NCBI GenBank assembly: GCA_964430885.1
Contig: CAYSHM010000004.1
Location: 23,770-87,769 of the forward strand
Direction: 5' to 3'
Origin: an uncultured archaeon
GTDB lineage: Archaea > Thermoplasmatota > Penumbrarchaeia > JASLWR01
Length of the DNA: 64,000 nucleotides
Made by a program: the position numbers and the translations under genes. This document shows, in pieces, positions 43,169 through 55,200 of this stretch; the stretch's first letter is position 1; every line of letters starts with the position of its first letter. The notes under the pieces were generated by a model. That model searched no databases and was not told the origin of the DNA. It saw only the letters and a list, made by a program, of their open reading frames with translations.

Positions 43169-43822
43169 GTGATTCAAATCGTTACTGAAGATAATCTGTA
43201 TGTGGAAGAGATTAAAAAAGCAATAGAAGATGCACCAAAAAGGAATTTTATTGAAAGTGTGGATCTTGCTATAAACTTGACTGATGTGGACATGAAAATC
43301 CCCACCAAGAGGATTAAGGAAGAGATTATTTTACCTAAAGGTAGGGGTAAAACGGTCAAAGTGGCAGTATTTGGTTCTGGTGAATTCGGTCTGAAAGCCA
43401 AAGAGGCAGCGGATCTAGTTATTGAACCTGAGGAAATAGAGGAATTAGCCAAGGACACCCGTAAGGCTCGATTGATTGCGGATGATCATGCTTTCTTTAT
43501 TGCCGAAATACCTTTGATGCCCGTGATAGGTAAAAGCCTGGGTATTGTTTTAGGCCCCAGAGGTAAGATGCCTCAACCGCTCCCCCCTCAGGCCGATCCT
43601 GCGCCCATCATCAATTCTCTGAAGAACAAGGTGAGGATACGGTCCAAAGACAGGCTGACTTTTCATGTCCCAGTTGGAACTCTTCAGATGTCTGCCGAGG
43701 ACATTGCATCAAACAGTCGAGAGGTGCTTATTAGAATAGAATCCCGATTGGAAAGGGGCAAAATGAACATAAAGAGCGTTTTTGTCAAGACCACCATGGG
43801 TCCTTCTGTTAAGTTGATGTGA
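43169..43822 (+). CDS. rpl1: 50S ribosomal protein L1 (uL1)
   Basis: APKRNFIESVDLAINL, LPKGRGK and GPRGKMP. The start is uncertain: the track uses GTG 43169, which lies inside a GGGAGGTGAT anti-16S-like motif. Confidence 0.92.
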   Translation: MIQIVTEDNLYVEEIKKAIEDAPKRNFIESVDLAINLTDVDMKIPTKRIKEEIILPKGRGKTVKVAVFGSGEFGLKAKEAADLVIEPEEIEELAKDTRKARLIADDHAFFIAEIPLMPVIGKSLGIVLGPRGKMPQPLPPQADPAPIINSLKNKVRIRSKDRLTFHVPVGTLQMSAEDIASNSREVLIRIESRLERGKMNIKSVFVKTTMGPSVKLM

Positions 43823-43831
43823 GGTGTTCAA

Positions 43832-44842
43832 ATGGCGTACGTTGCAAAATGGAAAAAAGAAGAGGTTGGAAATCTCACCAAATTAATGGATGATAATGGT
43901 TTGATCGCCTTGGCGGATATCAGAGGCATTGCAGCCCCTCAGATGCAGCAGATGAGGGCTGTGCTCAGGGAAAGAATGAATGTCCGGGTGGTCAAGAACA
44001 CTTTATTGAAACTAGCGATTGAGAATTCAAAGAAGGATAATATCGAGGAATTGATGGATTATATAGATGGTCAAGTTGCCTTGATCACTTCCCAGGAAAA
44101 TCCATTTCAGCTTTATCAGACACTGAAACAAAGGAGGACAAAAGCCCCGGCCAAAGGCGGAGAGATATCTCCCAGCGACATTGTTGTTGAAAAAGGTCCT
44201 ACATCCTTCAATCCAGGTCCAATAATCTCGGATCTCCAGAGAGCAGGTTTCCCAGCTTCTATCCAAGGCGGTAAAGTTGTTTTCAGGAAGAAAGAGACAA
44301 TAATAAAGGAAGGAGAGGTCATCCCTGAGAATGTGGCGAAGCTATTGACCAAACTTGAGATATATCCTATAGAAGTAGGATTGATGCCTGCTGCGGTATA
44401 TGAGGACGGCTTGGTCTATATGCCGAAGGATCTGGATGTTGACATGGATCAATTCCGTGCTGATTTTCAAAGTGCGGCTGGAAGGGCATTCAGTCTTGCG
44501 TTATCGATTGCTTACATGACCGATGTGACCACGGTCCCTTTACTGCAGAAGGCTCATATGGAAGCACTCTACTTAGCAGTATCCCAGGGCATTGTAAATT
44601 CATCTACTGTAACTCATGTCATGGGGAGAGCACATTCACAGATGCTTTCCTTGGCCTCAAAAGTGACTTCCGAGGGTTTGGATGGAGATCTTCAGACCAT
44701 GTTGGATTCATCAGCTCAAGTTTCATCAGCAAATGTCACAGTCCGAGAGGATGTTAAAGTGGAAGAAAACGATGAAGAGGATGAGGAAGAGGAGATAAGT
44801 GAAGATGATGCCGTGGGAGGTCTCGGAGCCCTTTTCGGTTGA
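43832..44842 (+). CDS. rpl10: 50S ribosomal protein L10 / acidic stalk protein P0 (uL10)
   Basis: Archaeal P0 length (336 aa). KWKKEEV at the N-terminus and an acidic C-terminus ending DDAVGGLGALFG. Confidence 0.92.
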   Translation: MAYVAKWKKEEVGNLTKLMDDNGLIALADIRGIAAPQMQQMRAVLRERMNVRVVKNTLLKLAIENSKKDNIEELMDYIDGQVALITSQENPFQLYQTLKQRRTKAPAKGGEISPSDIVVEKGPTSFNPGPIISDLQRAGFPASIQGGKVVFRKKETIIKEGEVIPENVAKLLTKLEIYPIEVGLMPAAVYEDGLVYMPKDLDVDMDQFRADFQSAAGRAFSLALSIAYMTDVTTVPLLQKAHMEALYLAVSQGIVNSSTVTHVMGRAHSQMLSLASKVTSEGLDGDLQTMLDSSAQVSSANVTVREDVKVEENDEEDEEEEISEDDAVGGLGALFG

Positions 44843-44904
44843 TGATGAAAGATTGAATTAAATTAAAATTAACATTAATAAAAATTAATTAGGAGGGAAT
44901 AAAA

Positions 44905-45222
44905 ATGGAATACGTATACGGAGCAATGCTGCTTCATTCAGCTGGCAAGAAGGTCAGTGAAGATACCTTGAAAAAGATCCTGCAGGCTGCAGGAGTAAAA
45001 GTTGATTCAGCCAGAATAAAGGCATTGGTTTCCTCACTTGAAGGAGTTGATATTGAAGACGCCATCAAGAACGCTTCCTTTGCTGCGCCCGCCGCCGGAA
45101 GCGCTGGAGGTGCTTCTGTCGCCGCACCCGCTGCCGAAGCAGCAGAAGAGGAAGAAGAGGAAGAAGAAGATGCAGCAAGTGAAGAAGATGCAGTAGAAGG
45201 ACTCGGAGCACTTTTCGGTTAA
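44905..45222 (+). CDS. rpl12: 50S ribosomal stalk protein P1 (archaeal L12)
   Basis: [15 protein letters not shown] at the N-terminus, an Ala/Glu-rich hinge, and the C-terminal EGLGALFG. Confidence 0.92.
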   Translation: MEYVYGAMLLHSAGKKVSEDTLKKILQAAGVKVDSARIKALVSSLEGVDIEDAIKNASFAAPAAGSAGGASVAAPAAEAAEEEEEEEEDAASEEDAVEGLGALFG

Positions 45223-45327
45223 ACTTTTAATGGGTTTTAGTACTCATTAAAGGCATACTAGCATTTAAATAGGGTCCAATCCGTTCATATTATGATCGTG
45301 ATTGGGTCCTATGCATCATTTAATTGA

Positions 45328-45795
45328 TTGGAGGTATGCCGTATCATAGAAGTTACCGTTGGTATGATCCTGATAATTGTCGGAGTTATTCTATTAATCG
45401 CAGAGGTCATAATACCTGGATTCTTCGTAGGGGTTGTAGCTACAGCCTTTTTGTTCGTAGGAATAATCAGTCTAATCTTTGAAGAAGTATTATCCAATCC
45501 GGCGATTCTAATTGGAGTCGCAATAGTTGGATTGGCCATTGGAATGACAATATCAATTTTATTCTATAAGAAGCTTGGCAAAGAGCAAAAACCCATAACC
45601 TCCACAGGTGAAAGCCTTGTTGGTAGAACGGGGATAATAACTGTTCCGACGGAACCTCACCACCCCACAAAGGGCAAGGTAAGATTGGGTAGTGAAATTT
45701 GGTCTGCAGAGGCGGATAAAATTATTACTGAGGGTGCCAAGGTCGAAGTTGTTGATTCCATAGGTGCCCATGTCAAGGTTGTAGAGATGAAATGA
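45328..45795 (+). CDS. nfeD: NfeD-family membrane protein (short form, C-terminal OB domain)
   Basis: Three N-terminal TM segments followed by GRTGIITVPTEP...KGKVRLGSEIWSAEAD...GAKVEVVDSIGAHVKV. Paired with the downstream stomatin gene. Start uncertain (TTG 45328 or ATG 45364). Confidence 0.8.
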   Translation: MEVCRIIEVTVGMILIIVGVILLIAEVIIPGFFVGVVATAFLFVGIISLIFEEVLSNPAILIGVAIVGLAIGMTISILFYKKLGKEQKPITSTGESLVGRTGIITVPTEPHHPTKGKVRLGSEIWSAEADKIITEGAKVEVVDSIGAHVKVVEMK

Positions 45796-45824
45796 TTTTG
45801 ATATAATCCATAGAAAAAAGGAAG

Positions 45825-46937
45825 GTGTTGTATGTGATTGAAGCTTGTCTGATATCCGGTGCAATAATTGTGGTTATTGCTTTAATAATGGTCCTGATGA
45901 CTGGTGTGAAGATTATACGGCCCTATGAACAGGGACTTCAGGAGGTTTTGGGAAGTTTTAAGAGGAGACTGAATCCTGGATTTAATTTCGTCATACCCCT
46001 GGTTTCACGTGTTATGAAAATAGACTTGAGAACTCAGACTCTGGATGTTCCTAAACAGGAAGTGATCACCAAGGATAACTCCCCTACATTTGTGGATGCT
46101 GTAATATATATCAAGGTCAATGATGCCAAGAAGGCTTATTATGAAGTAGACGATTTTAAAAAAGCGACCATTTACCTCGCCCAAACGACACTTAGGAGCG
46201 TTATTGGTGATATGGAGCTTGATGATGTTCTTTCCAATAGAGATAAAGTAAATTTGTCCCTCAGGGATATACTTGACAACTCCACGGATCCGTGGGGAGT
46301 AAAGGTTGTTTCAGTAGAGATAAGAGAAGTGGATCCAGCTAGAGAAGTTAAGAGAGCAATGGAGCATCAGACCTCGGCCGAAAGGGAGAAGAGGGCCACT
46401 ATCCTGAGAGCGGAGGGAAGTAAGAGGGGTGCAATCTTGAGTGCCGAGGGCTCCCGGCAATCCAAGATACTTACGGCAGAAGGTATTCGACAATCCAAAA
46501 TACTAGTGGCGGAAGGTGAGAGGACCGCCCGTATGTTGGAGGCCCAGGGTGAGGCGCAGAAATTGAGAATATTGTCCTTGGGTTCCGCCACACTGGATCA
46601 GAAATCATTAACTGTTCTTTCACTTGATGCAGTAAAGAGTCTTGCAGAGGGACAGGCCACAAAGATAGTATTGCCTTTCGAGATTACACGATTGCTTGAG
46701 GGAGTTTCAGAATATATTGGCAGTAGCAGGAAGATCCCTGAGCACAAGCTGACGGATCTAGACATGCTGCAAAAGAGGTTAGGCAATGTTGAGAAGGTAC
46801 TGGGGGACATACCGTCCTCAACGGATCTTATAAAAGATGCAAAAAATAGTATTGAGAACATTTCATCTGATAAGCCTTCGGTCCCTCTGCCGCCAAGCTC
46901 CAAAGGTCATGTCAGAAAGATAGTTAAACCTATATGA
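45825..46937 (+). CDS. SPFH/band-7 (stomatin/prohibitin-like) membrane protein
   Basis: N-terminal TM, then IIRPYEQGLQEVLGSFKRRLNPGFNFVIP, VDAVIYIKV, TLRSVIGDMELDDVLSNRD, and an AEGE-repeat coiled coil. The likely start is GTG 45834, after AAGGAAGGTG. Confidence 0.88.
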   Translation: MLYVIEACLISGAIIVVIALIMVLMTGVKIIRPYEQGLQEVLGSFKRRLNPGFNFVIPLVSRVMKIDLRTQTLDVPKQEVITKDNSPTFVDAVIYIKVNDAKKAYYEVDDFKKATIYLAQTTLRSVIGDMELDDVLSNRDKVNLSLRDILDNSTDPWGVKVVSVEIREVDPAREVKRAMEHQTSAEREKRATILRAEGSKRGAILSAEGSRQSKILTAEGIRQSKILVAEGERTARMLEAQGEAQKLRILSLGSATLDQKSLTVLSLDAVKSLAEGQATKIVLPFEITRLLEGVSEYIGSSRKIPEHKLTDLDMLQKRLGNVEKVLGDIPSSTDLIKDAKNSIENISSDKPSVPLPPSSKGHVRKIVKPI

Positions 46938-47092
46938 AGGAAATATTGATGTACGATAGAATATAAAATAGACGCTGGTGAAATCAAGCCAATGGATAGT
47001 TTTGTTGGCTTACATGAACAAAAGTTACTTAAATAAGAAATACTATCATCAACGTCATTCCTATTTACTACTAATAATCTTATATAGATGAT

Positions 47093-49948
47093 ATGCGTGG
47101 AGTGAGTTCAATGGGTTTTTGTCAAGCTTGTGGTAAACCTACAGTGGGAGATTTCCCTTACTGTTCGGAGTGTGCTTCTAGGATGGGTTCTTCCATTAAG
47201 GGCAGCGATGCATATGGTTCCAGCTATGGTTCCTCAGATCAACCAAAGGCCGTCGTCCTGTATGAAAAGGTGAAGACGGAGATAGATAATCTTAAGGATT
47301 CTATAGATACTACGGAAGCTGAGAATCTATTAAAAAAGGTCAAGTTGGCCATAGATATCAAAGATTATTCATCTGCTGAGGAGAACGCCAAAGAGTGTGT
47401 GAAGAAGAGCCATTCACTAAAAAAGATATATGAAGATGCTGCAGAGTCCCTTAAGACTGCTTGGCCCGAGGTGAAGGAGGCCAGGGATGATGGTAGGGAT
47501 GTGTCTCGGTCCGATGAACTTATTAAAGAGGCCCGAAGGGCTTTAAGGTCAAAGCAACCAGAAAAGAGTAAACAGTTGTCCACTTTAGCAGTTGATCTTC
47601 TGCTCACCCCTACAGAGAGAAAGAGGAAAAAGTGTGAAGAGGTCCGTAAAAAAGCCTCAGCTACACTTGAGGCCGTATCGGCCTTTGGAGAGATCAAAGG
47701 AGTAGGCCTATTACTGGTACATGAGGCGGAGAGTCTTATCAGCAAGGGTGAGCGGTCCTATGCCAAGGAAGATTATGATACTGCTACCCAGCTTTATAAG
47801 AAATCTGATAAATCCTTGAATCAGTTAAAGGAACAGTATCTTTACAGGCAAGCATCCGATATCTATCAGAAGGTCGCTAGGATGGTGGAGGATCTGGAGA
47901 AAAAAGGTAAGGCGATCCCAGGTACCTCGGTAGCATTGATGAAGGCCAAGGATGCATTGGAATATGAGAACTACGACGAAGTGATTTTCCAGGCCATCGA
48001 TATCAAGAAAAAGATAGATGAGTGGGAGGAGGAGAAATCCGATGAAGCTGCCATTCAGATAATTACTAAGGCTCAATTCCTTCTCGCGGATCTGAGGAAA
48101 ACAGGGGAGGAAATATCTCATTTTGAGATCAAGTTTGAAAGAGCCAAGAAAGCCCTGGAGACCGATGATTATCAAAAGGCGGAAGAATTGGGTATAGAGG
48201 TGAACGAAGAGGTTCAAAAACTGCTAGATGAGATCAACAGAAGGAAGGCGGCAGAATTCGTCCGTGAAGTTGAACATGAGCTGGCGGAATTAAGGACCAC
48301 TGATATCAGTACAACCAGGTTCGAGAACGATCTTGATCTGGCTAAGAGATCATTGGCTCAAGGTAATTTCAAGGATTCATCACAGCTTCTTAGAAAGGTC
48401 CTCAGCCGTATGAACAAGGCTAGGAAGAATGCTATTGCGCCCATGATGCAGAAATCCATAGATGATGCCGATAAGGATATCAAGAAAGCTAAAAGGGAAG
48501 GCTTGGATGTTCTGGAACCTGAAGATTGCTTAAGGCGGTCCCGTTTTGCTTATGAGACCAAGAGCTATGAAGAGGTCACAAAACTCATTAAGAATATTGA
48601 GATTTTTCTCAAAAAGGAGCGATCCAAAAGCGGAAAGAAAATTGTAGAGTACAAGAAATTGATACCCGAGGCAATGAAGGCAGTCCAGCGTCTAAAAGAA
48701 CAGAAATGGAACGTTGATAGACTGGTCAGTGACCTCAAGAAAGCCCCTGTACTTCTGAAAACCAAGAAATATGCTGAATTGGAAAGGGTTACAGTGAATG
48801 TTAAGACAAGGTCTATAGCTATTTTGAAGGATGAGATTATTCTTCCTGCGAAGGACAGGCTGGATGAGGCAACCACGGCACTGAAGGAAGCCAAGAAGGA
48901 AGGCGTTGATGTGAAGGAACTTGTGAAGGAACTGAACGAGGCCATGAAACTCTTCACTAGCAAGGAATATTACAAGGTTTCTCCCAAGGTTGATTCCATT
49001 TTCAAATATATTGAAGAGCTTAAGGAAAAGGCATCTCTCCAGCGTTCTCAGATAATAATAGAATATTCTGAAAAACTCATAAAGGCTTACAAGATGTGGA
49101 AGATCAAGGTCAAGGACCTTGAAAATATCATCAAGCAAGCTAACAAAGCTATTAACGACGGGGATGTTTCAGGAGCTACAAAATTGACCCGTAAGCTTGA
49201 AAAGGAATTGAACGAACATCGGCAGGAATTCTTGAAGGAACAGACTGATATTGCTTACAAGAAGGCAAAGAAGTTCATTAATACCGCTGATTCAGATGAT
49301 AAGGATCAGGCGCTGATCCATCTGCGTCAGGCGCAGGATAAATTGGAGAAAGGAGAATATATCAAGGGCTGGGAAATTATCCTGGACAGCAATAAGGAAG
49401 CAGGAATGGATGAGCAAAAATACTACAGACTTAAGTGTGATATGGCGGAAACAATAGTTATTCCGCGCATGAGCTATCTGAAGGACTACGATATCGATTT
49501 CGAAGCCGTTGACGGAGAGTTCAAGTCCTACAAGGAATTATATAAGAATGGGGAGGACTTTGAGGAGGCATACGATAAAATTTCGGAGGTGGCAAGTACA
49601 ACCCATAATCTTGAAGAATTAACAATTACCAACAGAGCTTTGGGGTGGGTAGATGAAATTTCAAAAACCTACGTTGAAGATGGATATGTTTCGGATGATA
49701 TGGGTGAACTTCTTGAACAAAGCCGTTCACAGATAGAGGACCAGATGTACATTGATGCACTTAAGACAATGGATGAAGTTATGAATCTGGCCATGGCGTC
49801 TTTGGATAAGGTAGGTGAATCATACAAGGTTGATGAGGTTGATTGTCCTTCATGCGATTACAGTGTTTTCTCCATAGTTGAGGAGGAAAGCTCGACATTG
49901 GACTGCCCTGTATGCGGCAATGCCTTCATACCAAACTTCGAGGAATGA
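47093..49948 (+). CDS. Zn-ribbon-bracketed all-helical repeat protein (951 aa), family unknown
   Basis: N-terminal CQACGKP..CSEC and C-terminal CPSCDY...CPVCGN. Between them is roughly 850 aa of charged helices with a recurring motif: (G-DV)...AK-AL----Y--A. No TM segment. Confidence 0.65.
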   Translation: MRGVSSMGFCQACGKPTVGDFPYCSECASRMGSSIKGSDAYGSSYGSSDQPKAVVLYEKVKTEIDNLKDSIDTTEAENLLKKVKLAIDIKDYSSAEENAKECVKKSHSLKKIYEDAAESLKTAWPEVKEARDDGRDVSRSDELIKEARRALRSKQPEKSKQLSTLAVDLLLTPTERKRKKCEEVRKKASATLEAVSAFGEIKGVGLLLVHEAESLISKGERSYAKEDYDTATQLYKKSDKSLNQLKEQYLYRQASDIYQKVARMVEDLEKKGKAIPGTSVALMKAKDALEYENYDEVIFQAIDIKKKIDEWEEEKSDEAAIQIITKAQFLLADLRKTGEEISHFEIKFERAKKALETDDYQKAEELGIEVNEEVQKLLDEINRRKAAEFVREVEHELAELRTTDISTTRFENDLDLAKRSLAQGNFKDSSQLLRKVLSRMNKARKNAIAPMMQKSIDDADKDIKKAKREGLDVLEPEDCLRRSRFAYETKSYEEVTKLIKNIEIFLKKERSKSGKKIVEYKKLIPEAMKAVQRLKEQKWNVDRLVSDLKKAPVLLKTKKYAELERVTVNVKTRSIAILKDEIILPAKDRLDEATTALKEAKKEGVDVKELVKELNEAMKLFTSKEYYKVSPKVDSIFKYIEELKEKASLQRSQIIIEYSEKLIKAYKMWKIKVKDLENIIKQANKAINDGDVSGATKLTRKLEKELNEHRQEFLKEQTDIAYKKAKKFINTADSDDKDQALIHLRQAQDKLEKGEYIKGWEIILDSNKEAGMDEQKYYRLKCDMAETIVIPRMSYLKDYDIDFEAVDGEFKSYKELYKNGEDFEEAYDKISEVASTTHNLEELTITNRALGWVDEISKTYVEDGYVSDDMGELLEQSRSQIEDQMYIDALKTMDEVMNLAMASLDKVGESYKVDEVDCPSCDYSVFSIVEEESSTLDCPVCGNAFIPNFEE

Positions 49949-49978
49949 GCAAAAATAAGTTATTTATCCCTCGCTCCA

Positions 49979-49993
49979 TTTTTTCTTTTTTTT
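49979..49993 (+). terminator. Oligo-T tract, candidate archaeal intrinsic terminator
   Basis: TTTTTTCTTTTTTTT lies about 30 nt after the stop of the 951-aa gene. Archaeal RNA polymerase terminates at T-runs. Confidence 0.3.
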
Positions 49994-50235
49994 CAGGTCT
50001 ACCACTCAGTTTATTACTTTTATCTGAGAAATTTCTTGTTCGGAATGCTTTTTCTCAACTGCATTACACTTCCAAATACGGTGGTTTTCTTTGAAATGTG
50101 TGCTAAAACTTAATAAAGCAGTTGTTGTAAAATACCCTTTGACAATGAGAAATATTACTAACCAAAGGACCTTACATGGTTTGTATTGGCATAGAATATA
50201 ATAAATTGCTCAAATGAATAATAATAATTGGAGAG

Positions 50236-50406
50236 ATGATGCTTATGGGTTTCAAGTTTACATGCGACATTTGTGAATCTGAGGTCGGCAGTCCAAAACA
50301 TATCACCGGATTGAAGTCAGGTCTTCTAACTGTGTGTGAAGATTGTAAGAACCACCTTAGAAAATATGCATCTCACTTAAGGAAGAAGGCAAAATCAGGA
50401 AAATAA
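50236..50406 (+). CDS. Small zinc-ribbon protein (56 aa), below the ORF-track length cut-off
   Basis: My own translation gives MMLMGFKFTCDICESEVGSPKHITGLKSGLLTVCEDCKNHLRKYASHLRKKAKSGK. It has two CxxC pairs and a basic tail. GGAGAG at 50230-50235 is 9 nt before the ATG at 50245 (codon 4). Confidence 0.5.
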   Translation: MMLMGFKFTCDICESEVGSPKHITGLKSGLLTVCEDCKNHLRKYASHLRKKAKSGK

Positions 50407-50687
50407 TCTGAAAAATGATTGGCAGTTCAATTTAAAATACCCTGATTCATAATTCATGTTTCAGTTTGATATCTGCCCAAAGGTTTGTGTGCACTTTTAA
50501 ATTAACCATTTAAGAAGTAGCGGTTTCACGATTGGAATATGAATATCATCGTTAGTCACCGTTCATGTCCCACCCCAGTGCTGATAACGTTAATCTATTC
50601 TTTTCAGTCAAATAACTTTCTAAAAAGATTTTTTATACTTTCCCCTATTTTTGAGACACAATTTCATTAATGATGATATAAATCTGA

Positions 50688-52025
<1,338 letters not shown>

Positions 52026-52281
52026 TGAAATTAAGTGTCATTAACAATCATTATGCAAATAATCCGGTAGATATGCATGCCGGCTAAATGTTATTGATCA
52101 TTCACTAGATTTGAATCTATTTATTCCGAATAATCCAATCACTACATTTTTTATTTCAATAGCAATATATATATTCGGTTAGCAATTGGAAATTTTAATG
52201 GAATTGCCTGCCAATTTATGTTTCAAATCTGTAAGACAAAATCTGTTTGTGGTCGGAATGTGACCGGAACCGGGTGTTACC

Positions 52282-55200
52282 ATGAGAGGTAAACTATTCA
52301 TTGTACTGATATGTATTGTACTGATACTGACTGCTATTCCGTATATCGCTATTTTTCCCCAGAAGGAATCCGGTCATGAGAAATATTCGGACACATCTCC
52401 TGATACTATTATTCCAGGTGTTGACAGTGACGGTGACGGCCTCCAGGACGGCGAGGAGGACTATAATGATGATGGAATACTAGATCCTCTTGAAACAGAT
52501 CCCTTCGATGCAGATACCGATAGCGATCTTCTTGAAGATGGAATTGAGTACGGATATTGGGAGAACAAAATGGCTCAGGTTGCTCAGGATGGAATTCCCG
52601 TTTGGGTCCAGGATGCCTATTTGAACGAATCTCCTGCTGACATGGAGAAAAGGTTTGGGCCTGTTGCAGATCTGGATGATGATGGAGCGGTGAATATCAG
52701 AGATCCAGATTCAGATAATGACGGTCTTATGGATGGCCATGAGTTAGACATAGGAACTGACCCTGCAAATCCTGATACAGATGGTGACGGCATACCTGAT
52801 GGTCAGGATGAGCAGGCTACGGACAGCAGGGATGTGGACGGCGACGGCATACCCGATGATTGGGAGGATCATTATGATGTCGATGACCCTGATGCCGACC
52901 CGGACAATGACGGCAAGACCAATAAAGAGGAGTTCGAGGAAGGGACGGATCCCACCCATCCAGGAGAGGGCGAATCGGAACTGGGTACCGACATGGTGCT
53001 CTCGGATATGGGTTTTCACCCGGGAGACCCTGAGAAGATATTATTCTACGTAACCCCTGATGATCCTCTTGAACCCCCTTCTTACTGGCGTCTTAGAACC
53101 TATGATCGATATACTCTTAACGGCTGGACCAACAATTATGATAACAGCGCCCCGTATTCCGGTGAGGAGATAGATACTGAAGTTACTTTTGGGGTGAATG
53201 TCACCTATAAGAAGTTCCAAATAGTGTTCTGGGGAAGTTCCAAGGGATTTCTTCCAACCGCTCTTCATACCAACATATTGTATGATGTAATATACAATCA
53301 ATCAGTCCAGAACACATCAGCTCCCCTGGTGAGGTATGACACAGGGGAGTTTTATTCTAGCATTCTTGTGAAGTCATATTATTTCTCCCATGATTCATAT
53401 TATTTCTCCCCCGCGAACCTCCATAATGCCACGGTACCCGCCAGGGTTGAAATGCCTCTCATGTACGAAATTCCCAATTCAACTTTCAATTTCGTATCCG
53501 ATATTGCGTCGGATATACCCGGCTTGGACGCCCCTGCTCCTTACCAGAGGGCACTGAATATAATGCAGTACCTGGATGAGAACTGCGAATACAACATATC
53601 AACAACAATGGATCCGGATCAGGATTGGGTTATAGATTTCTTAGGAAACAAAACTACAGGCAAATGCATAGATTTCGCCACAGCCTTTGTGGTACTGGCT
53701 AGAATGGGTGATCTTCCTGCAAGATTGGTCACTGGCTACAGCCCTGGTGTCATGGTCAATGGGCAGCGCGTTGTAAAGGCCGGGCATAAGCACGCTTGGG
53801 CCGAGGTATATTTCAATGATCTGGGTTGGGTTCAGTTCGAGGTCACGCCCTACAATAACGGCCGGGAGGGCGGCACTGGTGTTGATACCAACGGGAGCGA
53901 TCCGTCGGTTCACACTTGGGATGGCTCTCCAGCAGACGGTCACGGCACTAACAATGGCAAGGTGGAAAACAAGACAAGGGATAGTGATGGTGACGGTTTG
54001 ACTGACTGGGAGGAGAACAACGTTTTCAATACCGATCCTCTAAACGTTGATACTGACGGCGACGGTCTGAACGACAGCGCTGAATTATTTGATTTCTTCA
54101 CCGATCCTCTGGATTACGATACGGACAAGGATAATCTTACAGATTACGAGGAGATAATAATCCACAACACCAGTGCCCGTTCGCCCGATACCGACAATGA
54201 CGGTCTGAACGATGGAGCAGAGGTCCAGATATATTTTACAAATCCCCGAAATCCCGATACTGATGATGATGATATTGATGATCTCAGGGAGATAAAATAC
54301 TATCATACTGATCCAAGATTGAAAGATACTGATGATGATGGTATAGATGACAATGAAGAGGTCCTTTGGGGAAAAGATGGACAGGTATCCGATCCAACGT
54401 CCGCCGATAGCGACGGCGACGGTTTGAGCGACGGAGCTGAGATTAATGAGAATGGGACCGATCCGGCCCAGATGGACAGCGATTACGACCAGCTTATAGA
54501 TGGCGATGAGGTTTACCAATATCATACTGACCCAACCTTGCCAGATACCGATGGTGACGGCCTCATGGATGGATTGGAAGTACTGCAGTTCAATACCGAT
54601 CCCAACGAAAGGGACACGGACGGCGATGGTGTAGAGGATGGAATGGAGATATGGACCGGAACCGATCCGCTGGAGGCGACCAGGGCTTCCTACCAGACCG
54701 ACGAGGACGGTGATGGCCTACAGGAATTCATGGAGGGTCTTTTCGGGACGAATTCTTCTATGATGGACACTGATAATGACGGGCTCTCGGATGCCTCTGA
54801 GCTGTTTGCCTTCTTCACCAATCCTTCTTCCAATGATACGGATATGGACGGTATAGAGGATAATGTTGAGCTGTTCCAGACATTTACTTCCCCTCGGCTT
54901 TCCGATTCCGATTCCGATGGTTTGTCAGATTTAATGGAGATTGATGAATTGGGTACTAATCCCCGCTCTGTTGATTCGGATCATGATGGCCTCTCTGATG
55001 GAGCTGAAATTGATAATGGCACTTCACCTAAGGATTGGGATTCCGATGGAGGTGGTCTGTCGGATGGTTATGAATTGGGGAATTCATTGGACCCGCTTGA
55101 ACCCGGGGATGATAATTCCCTTATGGACAGTGACGGTGATGGCCTAAGCGATGCCGATGAATTGAACCGCGCTACAGATCCTGCTTTCTGGGATTCTGAT

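Noticed and set aside
45328-46937. NfeD + SPFH/stomatin pair as a candidate novel system
   Set aside because: This is a well-known, widely conserved two-gene operon, and nothing is atypical in the motifs seen.
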